A stretch of 64,000 bases of DNA, taken from NCBI GenBank assembly GCA_963769885.1, contig CAVYNH010000004.1, forward strand, positions 64,001-128,000, read 5' to 3'. The notes under the pieces were generated by a model. That model had not been told where the DNA came from. It saw only the letters and a list, made by a program, of their open reading frames with translations, and did no database searches. Made by a program: the position numbers and the translations under genes. Of this stretch, positions 50,961 through 60,928 are shown piece after piece; the first letter of the stretch is position 1, and the number at the start of each line of letters is the position of its first letter. This DNA is from Methanobacteriota archaeon (GTDB lineage: Archaea > Thermoplasmatota > E2 > DHVEG-1).

Positions 50961-51601
50961 TGAATTTTACAATAGGTGGGTAACAAAGGGGTTCCCCCTC
51001 CTGTTTTTGCAAAAATATCGCCGGAAAATTTGTCAAATTTTTAACACTCTTCCACCCCTCTTTTTTTGTAGTGCCGATTAGGCGTTCTCTTTTAGCGAAA
51101 GGAAATTTTATGAGGATTAGACAACGACCAGTTTCAATTAGATGAGTGTGTCAAAATTACACAACATGCTTCCGAGAATACCCTCTTATCTGACCAATGT
51201 TTTGTCATTATGACATACCCTCTCCTGGTTATTCATTTCGCTTTTTACCGAGGTGTCTAGAAATGACAAGAAATTCAATCAGAAAGCACATTATACTCAA
51301 AGATTCTAAACAGAATGATTATCTTGAAAAATTCAAAAAGGACGGGGGATTCGGCTCATTTTTACATATGGCTGTTCATTCGATGATGGAAGCAAGCAAA
51401 AAAATTTACGAAGGGAACCATGCATCAGATGAGATAACTCGGATACAAAATATTGTGTCCAATTCGCATCATTCTATACACGACCAGCTTCTTCCTACCT
51501 AAAAGTGCAAAAGTTCTGTTAAAAATATTTTTTTGTAACTATTAATAATGATTGTATAATAAGATTTATATATTAAAGCGACGTTCGTTGAACGTGAGTA
51601 A

Positions 51602-53464
51602 ATGATAAAAAACAATATATTGTATCGAAAAAAAGGCAAGTTCGCACCGCTGATCAAGATACTGGTTACCCTCTCCCTGATCTTATCTAGTAGCGTCATC
51701 GTCGCAACTCAAGGACACCCTCCTCCTATCAATAAATGGCGCCAACTCATAGGGAGCAGTAGCACAATTAATAAGGGCTTTAACAACAGCCATAACATTG
51801 CAACCCGAGGGATTACCATCTACAAGAATGAACTGTATGTTGGTACAGAAAATCATTGCTTATCAAACTGGAAATCCATTTTTTTAAACTGGATATTAAA
51901 TCAGACAGTCTTAACCCCGCAAAGTATCGTCCAATATATTCTCTCACAGCCACTATCGATGGATCCCGTGGTTCGGAGCATACAGAACCTCCTCCAAATC
52001 GAACAGAGGCAAGGTCTCCTCAACCTTGATCCGACGCCTTTGAACAGCACTAGTTATGACGAACACTATTATTTTTCGCCTGATGGTGGTCAACATGTCT
52101 ATTATCTTGATCCAGAGGTCTTTGGCATGAGTGGTGTCCCCGATATACTCCTTGGGTTAGCGAAAGGCATGACGAACGGCACAAATGTCCTGCGGGTACT
52201 ACTTCATCTTGGAGCCTTATGTAGCGATGGATGTGATCTCTGGAAATATAATAGCTCCACCGGAGCATGGACACACGTTGTGGGTAAGAACTCAACCACG
52301 GGAATGGGCGCTGGATTTAACTATCAGTCTAACTTCTGTGTCGGCGTCATGAAAGAGTTCAAAAATAAACTCTATGTGGGAACCTGGAATACTCCAGGGT
52401 GTGGCCCGCTGCTTGATGGCATATTCCATATTACCCGAAAAGGTTGTGAAATCTGGCGTTTTGATGGCACCAACTGGGAACAAGTCGTTGGATTAGACGC
52501 ATATAACAGAACCGGGCGGACATCAAACAATGGCGGGTTCGGCAACCCTGACAACATGGCCGCAGGTAGCATCGAAGAATATAACGGCTATCTGTACGTT
52601 GGGACAATGAATTTTAATTTCACACAGACTGGTGCATGTGAAGTCTGGAGAACCAACGATGGTGAAAACTGGACGAAAGTAGTGGACCATGGGTTCCGAC
52701 CGAATATGACCATACCAGCAGACCCAGACCCAGACCTAAACAATGGCGTCACAAATACCTATGCCTGGGAGATGAGAAACTACTCGGGCAATCTGTATGT
52801 CGGGACGGGTAATTCTCACGCCCCATTCGGTATCCTTAGGAATGGTACCGGGTGTCAACTATGGAAATCAAGTAATGGTATCACTTGGACAAAAGTTTCG
52901 CTTCCGAATGGGACTCACCCAGGGCATCGTGATGGGTTTGGTGAATGGTCGACTGACGGGATTCGACGGATGGGCGTTTACAACGGGTTACTGTATATTG
53001 GAACTGCGACTAATGTGCTCGCCAAAACCCAAGCATGTGAAGTCTGGAGTTACGATGGAACGAACGGGCCGAACGCCTGGCATAACCTCATTGGTGAGAA
53101 AGCATATAACGAGCACCATAACAATGCAAATTATAGTGATGGTTTCGGAAATACATCTAATAAATATGTCTGGGGTATGACGGTTGCAACAGATGGCATC
53201 TGGATGGGCGCAGCAAAAGGCGGCGGCTGCCAGGTGTTCCGGTACAACGGAACAGGCTGGTACGTCAGTGTTCGGACCCGTGATGGTGAAATATCTGATG
53301 GGTTCGGAGATACGTGGAACTCAGCAGCCCGCTCAATGATCGAATACCCTAAAGGGACAGGGACGATCATTGCAGGGACGTTTACTGCCATTTATAATTG
53401 GGACAAAACCAAACATGGGTTTGGTCCTGAAGTCGGCTGTGAAATCTGGAAACGGTCTCCTTAA
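51602..53464 (+). CDS. Secreted beta-propeller protein, paralog of 36501-38483
   Basis: N.ATRG..I.K..LYVGT.N, VVD.GFR, RSMIEYPK, CEIW.R.P shared with the paralog. Confidence 0.8.
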   Translation: MIKNNILYRKKGKFAPLIKILVTLSLILSSSVIVATQGHPPPINKWRQLIGSSSTINKGFNNSHNIATRGITIYKNELYVGTENHCLSNWKSIFLNWILNQTVLTPQSIVQYILSQPLSMDPVVRSIQNLLQIEQRQGLLNLDPTPLNSTSYDEHYYFSPDGGQHVYYLDPEVFGMSGVPDILLGLAKGMTNGTNVLRVLLHLGALCSDGCDLWKYNSSTGAWTHVVGKNSTTGMGAGFNYQSNFCVGVMKEFKNKLYVGTWNTPGCGPLLDGIFHITRKGCEIWRFDGTNWEQVVGLDAYNRTGRTSNNGGFGNPDNMAAGSIEEYNGYLYVGTMNFNFTQTGACEVWRTNDGENWTKVVDHGFRPNMTIPADPDPDLNNGVTNTYAWEMRNYSGNLYVGTGNSHAPFGILRNGTGCQLWKSSNGITWTKVSLPNGTHPGHRDGFGEWSTDGIRRMGVYNGLLYIGTATNVLAKTQACEVWSYDGTNGPNAWHNLIGEKAYNEHHNNANYSDGFGNTSNKYVWGMTVATDGIWMGAAKGGGCQVFRYNGTGWYVSVRTRDGEISDGFGDTWNSAARSMIEYPKGTGTIIAGTFTAIYNWDKTKHGFGPEVGCEIWKRSP

Positions 53465-53476
53465 AGCTATGGATAA

Positions 53477-53510
53477 AAGAGGGAAAATTCCCTCTTTTCC
53501 TCATTTTTAA
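53477..53510 (+). terminator. Hairpin plus T tract
   Basis: AAAAGAGGGAA-AA-TTCCCTCTTTT. Confidence 0.5.
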
Positions 53511-53523
53511 ATATAGACAATTA

Positions 53524-53630
53524 TGAAATAGGGGCTACGCCCCTATGACCCCGTTCCGCCTTCGTTCCTTTCATCTGCGGGCCTTTACTGCGGTTCAGAC
53601 CGCGCAGTTTTTCCGGGCCTCTATTGATAA
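53524..53630 (+). repeat. Repeat A, full reference copy
   Basis: ATAGGGGC-TAC-GCCCCTAT hairpin; empty IS target TCATCTGCGGGCC at 53571-53583. Confidence 0.9.
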
Positions 53631-53728
53631 TAGAAAAAATCATTTGGTTTTTTCATATTTTAAAAGAATTTATATATGCATTTATTGTTCTCTTTGTAAT
53701 TTAAATTAATAAATTGAGGAGATAGTGA

Positions 53729-54202
53729 ATGGCTGATCAAAAAGATTCTTTTCTGTTGGATTTAAAAGATGACGTATTTCCGTTTGTTCTGGCTTTGACA
53801 ATGATTTTAACTTTTTTTATTATTGTGTATTGGTTTGTAAGGCCGGCTGATACTGACAACGTTGACAAGGTGATTACAGCGTTTGTGGCTTGGATTGGAG
53901 CCATTATCGGTTTTTATTTTGGAAATAAGCCTGTGAAAGATTTGAGGAAGCAGGTTCAAAGCGTTTCGAATGAGGCCGGAAAAAATCAAGTGAATTACAA
54001 TAATGAGCATAAAAATTTTGTAAAAACAGTCAGCGCACTTAGTGAGTTGAATCATAATGTGGAGTTATATACAAATGAAAAGGCGCCCCAAGTAAAAGCA
54101 ATGGCGGCAATGGAAGCGGATCCTGCGTTGGGAAAATTAATCAGAGCGTTAGAAGATTCAAAAGATAAATTAAAATATTTCGAACAGGAACTTCATAAAT
54201 GA
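53729..54202 (+). CDS. Two-TM plus coiled-coil hypothetical protein
   Basis: Hydrophobic helices ending in GAIIGFYFG, then a coiled coil. Confidence 0.7.
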   Translation: MADQKDSFLLDLKDDVFPFVLALTMILTFFIIVYWFVRPADTDNVDKVITAFVAWIGAIIGFYFGNKPVKDLRKQVQSVSNEAGKNQVNYNNEHKNFVKTVSALSELNHNVELYTNEKAPQVKAMAAMEADPALGKLIRALEDSKDKLKYFEQELHK

Positions 54203-54302
54203 ATAATGTGAATTCAGCGTAGGATCAAGAATTCAATCATGGTCAAAGTTGCGAGAGTTAGATGCTGGGCGGGGCTGATTTTTCCATACAGCTCACTATT
54301 CG

Positions 54303-54713
54303 CTACGGTCCCCAGTGTGATGGTTCGAATCGCCACTCGACGACGTCGTTGTCTCTAAGAAAGTATTGGCTGCATCCGATTGCGGAGAACTGCCCGTTCA
54401 CATAGTACTGCCAATAGCAGCCCTCATCCCCGTTCTTCACCCCGTTGATCCCGCGGATGAAATAGGAATGGTAGCCCTTCCAGTATTCTTTTTGCATAGT
54501 GATGTTCAAGGCGGCTGCGCATTCATCCGAGAAATCGGCGACCGTCACGTTGGTGGTATTCCTCCCAAGATACTCAAGGGACCAGGACGGCGTGATGATC
54601 CTCATGCTGATGTTGCGCGCCAGGCCGTCAGGGTTACGCTGTAATGAGAGCGAGAGGAGATCGCAGTGGGAGACGAGGGCCATCAGGGACAGCAGGACGG
54701 CGACGACCACCAC
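54303..54713 (-). CDS. DUF4430 (transcobalamin beta-domain-like) membrane-anchored protein
   Basis: YFIRGINGV.N...YWQYYVNG.FS.IG.SQY.L.D.DVVEW. Confidence 0.8.
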   Translation of the reverse strand: MVVVAVLLSLMALVSHCDLLSLSLQRNPDGLARNISMRIITPSWSLEYLGRNTTNVTVADFSDECAAALNITMQKEYWKGYHSYFIRGINGVKNGDEGCYWQYYVNGQFSAIGCSQYFLRDNDVVEWRFEPSHWGP

Positions 54714-54767
54714 GTAGACGATGATAGCCCGTTTCTTGGTATGCGGCAGGCGGATGCGCTCACCTCA

Positions 54768-56660
54768 TCACTGTCTATGGAAGTGTGGGAAACAGTTCAG
54801 GAGGGTGACTTGGAGTTCGTCGCTGTCGTACAGGCTCAGAGGCCGGCCGTACTCAGAGGTGTAGCCGTAGACGCTGAGGGTTGCCTCCGTCAGGAACATC
54901 CTGAGGTTCAGTCTCCAGGTGAAGGGCCGGCTGGCGTCGGTGTGGTACAAGGTGCCGTCGAGGTAGAACTCGACCTTGTCGATCGCGGCGACGGCGTTGA
55001 CCTCGATGTCGAGGGGGCCGAGGACGAAGACGCCTTTGTGGGGGCGCTGGAGCGGCCGGTTCCATAGATATATCGTGTTGTTCTGTGGTCTGGTGATCTG
55101 TAGGGACTTGACGACCGAAAGCGGTGTTTTTTCTGAGCGGACGTAGCCGGGATTTTCCGCGTAGACCTGGTAGTCACCGGGTGTGGTGCATTGGATGATC
55201 GCGGTCCCGGACTCATCAGTCGCGTAGCGGGTGGTCCCGACCCAGATCGTGATGTTCCCGACAGGGGCCATGGTCTCGTTGTAGGTATGCACAAGGAGTT
55301 CCTCTGAGACGTTGATGGTGTGCTTGCCAAGGGTGATGCGCAGGGCGTGGGCGTCCCATTGTTCCAGGTAGCCGAAGAGGACCTGCCGGGTGGTGTTGTT
55401 GAGGAGGTAGTGTCCGGCGTCGATCATGGGCAGCGTGTAGTCGACCCAGTAGTGCCACCAGTCGGAGTCGTTGGCGATGGTCTTGACGTAGAAGGCGCCC
55501 CAGTCGGGATAGTAGATGATGTCGTAGGTGATGTGTGCGGCGTCCAGGGCGGTGACCAGGGCGCTGAGGACCGTGGGGTCTGGGAAGGTGTAGTGTTGCA
55601 TCTGCCCACTGCTTTGGTTGTAGGCCTGGATGGTGGTGTTGCTGCAGTGGATGGTGCCGTTGAAGAGGGTTGTGGTTTTTCCTTCGACGCGCACGGTTCC
55701 TGTCCATTCGGCTCCGGTGGAGGGGTCCTGGTGATGGGTCGGCTGCCAGATCCTCACGGGGTAAGGATGTGCGAGGAGCGCGCAGAGGACGTAGGAGGTC
55801 ATCCATTCGGGGTTGAGGTTCTGGGTGGTGCTCCAGTTGAAGCCGCCGTCGGTGCGCTGGAGGCTTGTGAGGTAGTCGATGGGTGTGTGGTTGTTCTTCT
55901 GCCAGGATGGGCTGGTGGGGTCTTGGTCGGCTTTGATAAGGGCGCAGGTCGTCCAGGCGGTGGAGGCGGCATTGGTGGTCCCCCAGGATTGGAAACCTCC
56001 GTTATTAGCTTGAGTGGTTTTGAGGTAGGCGAGGGCGGTGGCGATGGACGTGTCTTGCGGGTCTTCTCCTGCGGCGGTGAGTGCCATGATGGCGGCCGCG
56101 GTGGTGTCGGCGTCGCCCCAGCCGCCGTTATTTTGTTGGTAGGTGAGGATGTAGGCTTTCTCCTGCTGGATGAGGGGTGCCTGTGGTGCGGTGCCGCAGG
56201 CGACCAGGGCGAGGATGCCGAAGAGGTCGTCGTAGAGGAGGGTGGGGTTTCCAATCTGTGTGCCGTCGTAGAAGCTTTCCAGTTTGGTGAGGAGGTTTGT
56301 TCCTGCGACTGTGGTGGGGTCTTGGCCGCAGGCGACCAAGGCGAGGGTCTGTCGCTGCCAGTCTGTAGCCGTGTTGTTGTCGAGGAGGGTGAGGCTGTCG
56401 ACGAGGTAGGCGGTGAGGCGGGGGTCTGTTTTGTTGGCGGCGGCGTAGGCCATGGCTGCCCATGCTGAGGTGGCGGGGCCAGCGATGCTTCCGTCCGGTG
56501 CCTGTATTGTTTGGAGGTATTGGAGGGCGTTGGTGATGACAGGGTCGTCGGGTGAGTAGGGGTAGGTCGCTTGTGGGTCTGCGGTGACGAGAGATAATGG
56601 TTGGGTGATGAGGGGGAGGGCTAGTGTGAGGAGAAGGAGGGTGGCTGTTGTTTTTTTCAT
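54768..56660 (-). CDS. Secreted prenyltransferase/squalene-oxidase-repeat + DUF4430 protein
   Basis: Signal peptide at MKKTTATLLL; YL...Q..DGGF repeats; FYVKTIAN...WHYWVD. Confidence 0.8.
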   Translation of the reverse strand: MKKTTATLLLLTLALPLITQPLSLVTADPQATYPYSPDDPVITNALQYLQTIQAPDGSIAGPATSAWAAMAYAAANKTDPRLTAYLVDSLTLLDNNTATDWQRQTLALVACGQDPTTVAGTNLLTKLESFYDGTQIGNPTLLYDDLFGILALVACGTAPQAPLIQQEKAYILTYQQNNGGWGDADTTAAAIMALTAAGEDPQDTSIATALAYLKTTQANNGGFQSWGTTNAASTAWTTCALIKADQDPTSPSWQKNNHTPIDYLTSLQRTDGGFNWSTTQNLNPEWMTSYVLCALLAHPYPVRIWQPTHHQDPSTGAEWTGTVRVEGKTTTLFNGTIHCSNTTIQAYNQSSGQMQHYTFPDPTVLSALVTALDAAHITYDIIYYPDWGAFYVKTIANDSDWWHYWVDYTLPMIDAGHYLLNNTTRQVLFGYLEQWDAHALRITLGKHTINVSEELLVHTYNETMAPVGNITIWVGTTRYATDESGTAIIQCTTPGDYQVYAENPGYVRSEKTPLSVVKSLQITRPQNNTIYLWNRPLQRPHKGVFVLGPLDIEVNAVAAIDKVEFYLDGTLYHTDASRPFTWRLNLRMFLTEATLSVYGYTSEYGRPLSLYDSDELQVTLLNCFPHFHRQ

Positions 56661-56736
56661 AAGTTTCTTGCCTCTTGGGGTGTGTAGGGAGTCGGTAGGT
56701 TTAAATGTAGCAAAAATGATGATGATTGTTAGTACT

Positions 56737-57261
56737 ATGGGTAACGATGTGTTTAAGGCCTTGAGTAGTCCGACGCGGGTGAGGATTCTCAAGGAGCTTG
56801 CGGGCCGGGAGCTGCATGTGTCCGAGGTTGCGCGAAGGCTTAAGTTGTCGGTGCCTGTGGTCGCTCGGCACGTGCGGGTGCTGGAGGGTGCTGGGTTGGT
56901 TCGGAAGCGGGTTGTGGGGAATCTATATTTGTTGTCGTCGGTGGGGGTGAACGTGGAGGAGGCGTTGGATCCGCTGGGGGAGGAGGCGCGGGTGTCGATT
57001 GGGGAGCGTGAGAGCCTGTTTGATGCGCTGCGGCAGGTGCCTGGGGTGGAGATTACGCGGGTGGGGGATGTGCAGTATATCACGTCGATTAACGGGGAGC
57101 GGGGGTACTTCATCTATGAGGTGGATGGGAAGGCGCCGGGGGTGCCGATCGATCAGTACCGGCCGGGGCGGACGGTGCGGCTGCAGGTGAAGCGGCTGGT
57201 GCCGGTTCGGAAGAAGACGGTCGAGGTACAGGTGCAGCGGGGGGAGAACCAGGAAAAATAA
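56737..57261 (+). CDS. ArsR-family HTH regulator fused to a DUF4430-like domain
   Basis: VFKALSSPTRVRIL...VARHVRVLE.AGLV; C-terminal SLFDAL...YITSING...FIYEVDG. Confidence 0.75.
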   Translation: MGNDVFKALSSPTRVRILKELAGRELHVSEVARRLKLSVPVVARHVRVLEGAGLVRKRVVGNLYLLSSVGVNVEEALDPLGEEARVSIGERESLFDALRQVPGVEITRVGDVQYITSINGERGYFIYEVDGKAPGVPIDQYRPGRTVRLQVKRLVPVRKKTVEVQVQRGENQEK

Positions 57262-57273
57262 GAAGATGTGGAA

Positions 57274-58632
57274 TTAATTCGAATTATTCCCCCAAAATGC
57301 GTATCCAGCAGGATTGCCTGGAACCCACTCGGGTGGAACCATGTATGCCCGGTAGAGAACGTTCTTTCTCTGTGGGGTTGTGTAGCTCCACACGACTGTA
57401 TTTGCCGGAGTTATTTGAAAAACACGGCCAGACAGGCCCTCAGTCACCAATGTATTTCCGTTTGGAAGCCTTTGGACGGAACTCATGGAAGCACTGAATA
57501 ATTTATGAAGACAACCATTTCGAAATAAAACGTTGAACCCCTCATTATGACGATATTCTTGGACTATGTCCAAGGTAATCGGATTAAATTCAAGTACCCT
57601 TGAGAACCATCTGAATTCATTTGGGAAACCTAACAGACCGTACCCGGCTGCTCCGCCGTTGTCGAATACGAGGATGTCGCCTGCTCCTGGTAGACCGTCA
57701 GGAATCATGTGTGCATGGTGAAAGCCGATCATTTTTCCAAGCTTTCGTCCTTCTTCGGTTTTTTCTGAGAAATCTGGCCCAATTCTCCAGACGATTTTTC
57801 CTGTCTGTCTGCTGATGATCGCCATGAAATTCGTGTTTCGTGTGCTAATGATGATGTTTTCAGGATTGAACCGTTCATCGCCTTTCTCGAACCACTTATT
57901 TTTACCTAGGAGGGACACTGAATTGATATGGATCCAATCGCCAGGTAGGCAACCTAGGATCAATCCAGCTCCGCCAGGGTTCAACCAGATTGCTCTCCTT
58001 TCTTGTGCACTAAGCCCCATTTCATCGATATGGTCGGAGGCGTGCCATTCGAAGCCTGTCAGCGTTCCATTCCAGTCAACTTCGTAAATCACGTCATCTA
58101 TTATTTGCTTAAAGCTGACATTAGCGTTCGTTGTTGTATGATGCCCTAGAATCAAGGTTTTGCCGTGTGGCACAAAATCCTGACCTGGCGCATAGTACCC
58201 CACTGGATTTCCTTCTCTTTCAAAATCGTGATGTTCGCGTGCAATTGGTGTTCCGTTTTCATCCGTTTCCCAGCCGTTAAAATTCCATTCGACAGATCCG
58301 TTCCAATCCAATTGCGTCAGGTTTGAACTGTCCCATTCGCTCATATATCGTCCAGTCGCAGAAATGATTGAACCGCCGGGCAGCATCTTTGCCGGGTCTG
58401 GGGTCGTATTCCACCTGTGTATCTCTGTTCCATTCATTTCGATGAGAGACGTCCAATAACCTTCACCTTCATCATTCTTTATGACCGGCATGACGCTGCA
58501 GAGAATGTATCCTTCACAGATGCCTGCATTGTTATTGTCTGTATTCTCATGGGCCTGTACAGTCGCATGGAAGGTTGAGGCATTGAGAGATAACAACAGA
58601 AAAAGTACACAGGAAACAAGGGCTTTTTTCAT
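57274..58632 (-). CDS. Secreted ASST-family protein
   Basis: HHDFEREGNP, DWIHINS, HHAHMIP, VQRLPNGNTLVTEG. Confidence 0.85.
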   Translation of the reverse strand: MKKALVSCVLFLLLSLNASTFHATVQAHENTDNNNAGICEGYILCSVMPVIKNDEGEGYWTSLIEMNGTEIHRWNTTPDPAKMLPGGSIISATGRYMSEWDSSNLTQLDWNGSVEWNFNGWETDENGTPIAREHHDFEREGNPVGYYAPGQDFVPHGKTLILGHHTTTNANVSFKQIIDDVIYEVDWNGTLTGFEWHASDHIDEMGLSAQERRAIWLNPGGAGLILGCLPGDWIHINSVSLLGKNKWFEKGDERFNPENIIISTRNTNFMAIISRQTGKIVWRIGPDFSEKTEEGRKLGKMIGFHHAHMIPDGLPGAGDILVFDNGGAAGYGLLGFPNEFRWFSRVLEFNPITLDIVQEYRHNEGFNVLFRNGCLHKLFSASMSSVQRLPNGNTLVTEGLSGRVFQITPANTVVWSYTTPQRKNVLYRAYMVPPEWVPGNPAGYAFWGNNSN

Positions 58633-58819
58633 TTCTCGTATTTTGATATATAAAGGACTATTAATAATTTTTTTTCAAATAAGTGTGCAGAAACAAGCCA
58701 AGGACAGTGATTGGGTGAACCTCATACAAAAGCTGGATGAAGTACCCGGGATGGTCAAAGCTATAGGAATATATAAACAAATTAAAAGTTAAATATATGT
58801 TATTTATTATCTTGTAAAA

Positions 58820-59791
58820 ATGCAAAAAAAAGAACAGGGAAATAATTCTATTGCTTATTACTATGATGTTGCATTATCGTTTGCTGGGGAGGATAGAAAT
58901 TTTGTTGAAAAAGTGGCTCAGGAATTAATAAAAATGGATATTAAAGTTTTTTATGATAAATATGAAGAAGTAATTTTATGGGGAAAAAATCTGTATACAC
59001 ATCTAAGAGACATCTATCAAACAAAAGCAAGATATACAGTAATGTTTATTTCGAAGAATTATGCCCAGAAAGTCTGGACAAATCATGAACGAGAAAGCGC
59101 ACAAGCTCGGGCTTTTATTGAAAATAAGGAGTATATCTTACCTGTTCGTTTTGATAATACAAAAATTCCAGGGGAGTTACCTACCATTGGTTATATCAGT
59201 TTAAAGGGTAAAACACCTAGAATGTTAGCTGAATTAATTAAAGAAAAAATAGGGCCGATACCTCGGATTAACTATTTTCCAGATAATCCCGATCGATTAT
59301 TCGAAGAATTAAAAGTAAGAGAACCAAAAAAACAGGAATTAATATATAATTTAGCATATACATTTCATGAGAGCTTTAAGTTAATGACTCCTACTGAGAG
59401 AGATATTTTGTTTAAAGCATACTTAGAGACTTGCCCGGAAGGGCCCCCAGAGAATATTCATTTAAACCTTCAATATTTTTTAAGAATATTGTCCATGGAA
59501 AAACAAGAACTTATTGCGATTTTCTCTAGGCTGGACTGTTTGGGTTTCCGAACAAAAATTAATAAGGTAAATGAAAAGAAAGACCGTCACAAAATATGTG
59601 GGGATAGTGAGATAATAACAATTACATATGAAATAAATAAACCTGCCTTTTCAGGGAATGCATCCTTTATAATGATTTCAATTTTCGATATTATGACAGA
59701 CTTGATATGTAAGGATTGTTTACGGATAACTTTGGAGAATGCGGATTTTTCAATTTTAAGCACGGCAGTTGGATATAAAGAAAAGAAATAG
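58820..59791 (+). CDS. TIR-domain protein with unknown C-terminal domain
   Basis: YDVALSFAGEDR...VFYD...MFISKNY..KVWTNHE (catalytic Glu present). Confidence 0.9.
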   Translation: MQKKEQGNNSIAYYYDVALSFAGEDRNFVEKVAQELIKMDIKVFYDKYEEVILWGKNLYTHLRDIYQTKARYTVMFISKNYAQKVWTNHERESAQARAFIENKEYILPVRFDNTKIPGELPTIGYISLKGKTPRMLAELIKEKIGPIPRINYFPDNPDRLFEELKVREPKKQELIYNLAYTFHESFKLMTPTERDILFKAYLETCPEGPPENIHLNLQYFLRILSMEKQELIAIFSRLDCLGFRTKINKVNEKKDRHKICGDSEIITITYEINKPAFSGNASFIMISIFDIMTDLICKDCLRITLENADFSILSTAVGYKEKK

Positions 59792-59921
59792 TTTCTCTGA
59801 CCCCCTCCAGGAATTTATAAGGAGTAGAACGATTATCTTTCTCCGAGAAAAATAAGGTCAAAATTGACCCCCAGATGCTGCGAGCATCCAGGGGTCTGAG
59901 ACCATAATAGGATGTGCTATT

Positions 59922-60917
59922 ATGATCCCAAGCGGGAACAATACCCATAGTGGTAATAAGATTTTGGTGCAGGCCAGTTTAAATCAGATAGCGACTCAAA
60001 AACAGTTGAACACATCACCTAAGGCAATTACGACTTCGGTCATACAGACTTCTTCTTCGAAACAAGAAAATGACAATGACAATCTCTTGGACAAGTTCAA
60101 CCGTTACATGCGTGAGAACAACTACAGCAAGAGCACCATCTACATGTATACAAAGGTTGTCAGCCAGATGCTTGCCATGAAAGATCCGCTCTCCATGACG
60201 GAGGATGATCTCAGCGACGTTCGGCTCTACCTTGTTGAACGCTATGCTCAGAATGGGAACCGGGCGAGGTTCGCTGCCATCAACGCCTTCTGCAAGCATA
60301 TCCTTAAACGAAAAGACCTGCACCTAAGGATTCCCGGACCCGTCATCAAGAACAAGGACGTGTTCACCAATGAACAGATCGATGCTATCCTTGCTGTTGC
60401 GAAGACAAAAAACAAGCTTGCCTATGCCATACTTCAGACCTTGTACCACTGCGGACTACGCAAGATGGAGCTGGTTAACCTGAACCTCTCTGATCTCAAC
60501 TTCGAAACTATGGAACTTCGATTGGACAACACCAAGACCGGAAACGCCATCGTGTCAATGACCACGGCTGTTGCTTTGGCGCTGCAGGATTACATCGAGA
60601 ATGAAAGATCTAAGAAAGAGGGTGAACAAGCCGTTTTCCTCAACAAGAAAGGAGTTCGCATTGGAGAATGGGATGTTAGAGGGTACCTCAAGAAATGTGG
60701 AAAAGAAGCCGGGATAACATCCCGGATGTATCCACATATGTTACGCGCATCATGTATCACACATTTATTAAATAAAGGCGTGAATCCTCTCACGGTGCAG
60801 CTTCATGCCAGACACAGAAATTTCATGACAACCATGAGATATAACAGGCCAACTCAACAACAGATGAAGGCTGATATAGAAAGAATATTCTCTATAACTA
60901 ATCAAGAAAAGATTTAA
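59922..60917 (+). CDS. Tyrosine recombinase/integrase (Xer-like)
   Basis: GLRKMEL, TKTG, HMLR, ARH, TMRY: complete catalytic set. Confidence 0.92.
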   Translation: MIPSGNNTHSGNKILVQASLNQIATQKQLNTSPKAITTSVIQTSSSKQENDNDNLLDKFNRYMRENNYSKSTIYMYTKVVSQMLAMKDPLSMTEDDLSDVRLYLVERYAQNGNRARFAAINAFCKHILKRKDLHLRIPGPVIKNKDVFTNEQIDAILAVAKTKNKLAYAILQTLYHCGLRKMELVNLNLSDLNFETMELRLDNTKTGNAIVSMTTAVALALQDYIENERSKKEGEQAVFLNKKGVRIGEWDVRGYLKKCGKEAGITSRMYPHMLRASCITHLLNKGVNPLTVQLHARHRNFMTTMRYNRPTQQQMKADIERIFSITNQEKI

Positions 60918-60928
60918 AATATTATTTC

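Noticed and set aside
25069-53630. Repeat A as a CRISPR array or classical integron attC sites
   Set aside because: Copies are ~105 bp and kilobases apart, with no cas genes. There are no RYYYAAC/GTTRRRY ends or full-length attC palindrome, and the recombinase shows no obvious IntI-specific insertion.
27009-59791. Thoeris system formed by the SIR2 and TIR genes
   Set aside because: The genes are more than 30 kb apart and the SIR2 protein has no recognisable SLOG/Macro sensor domain.
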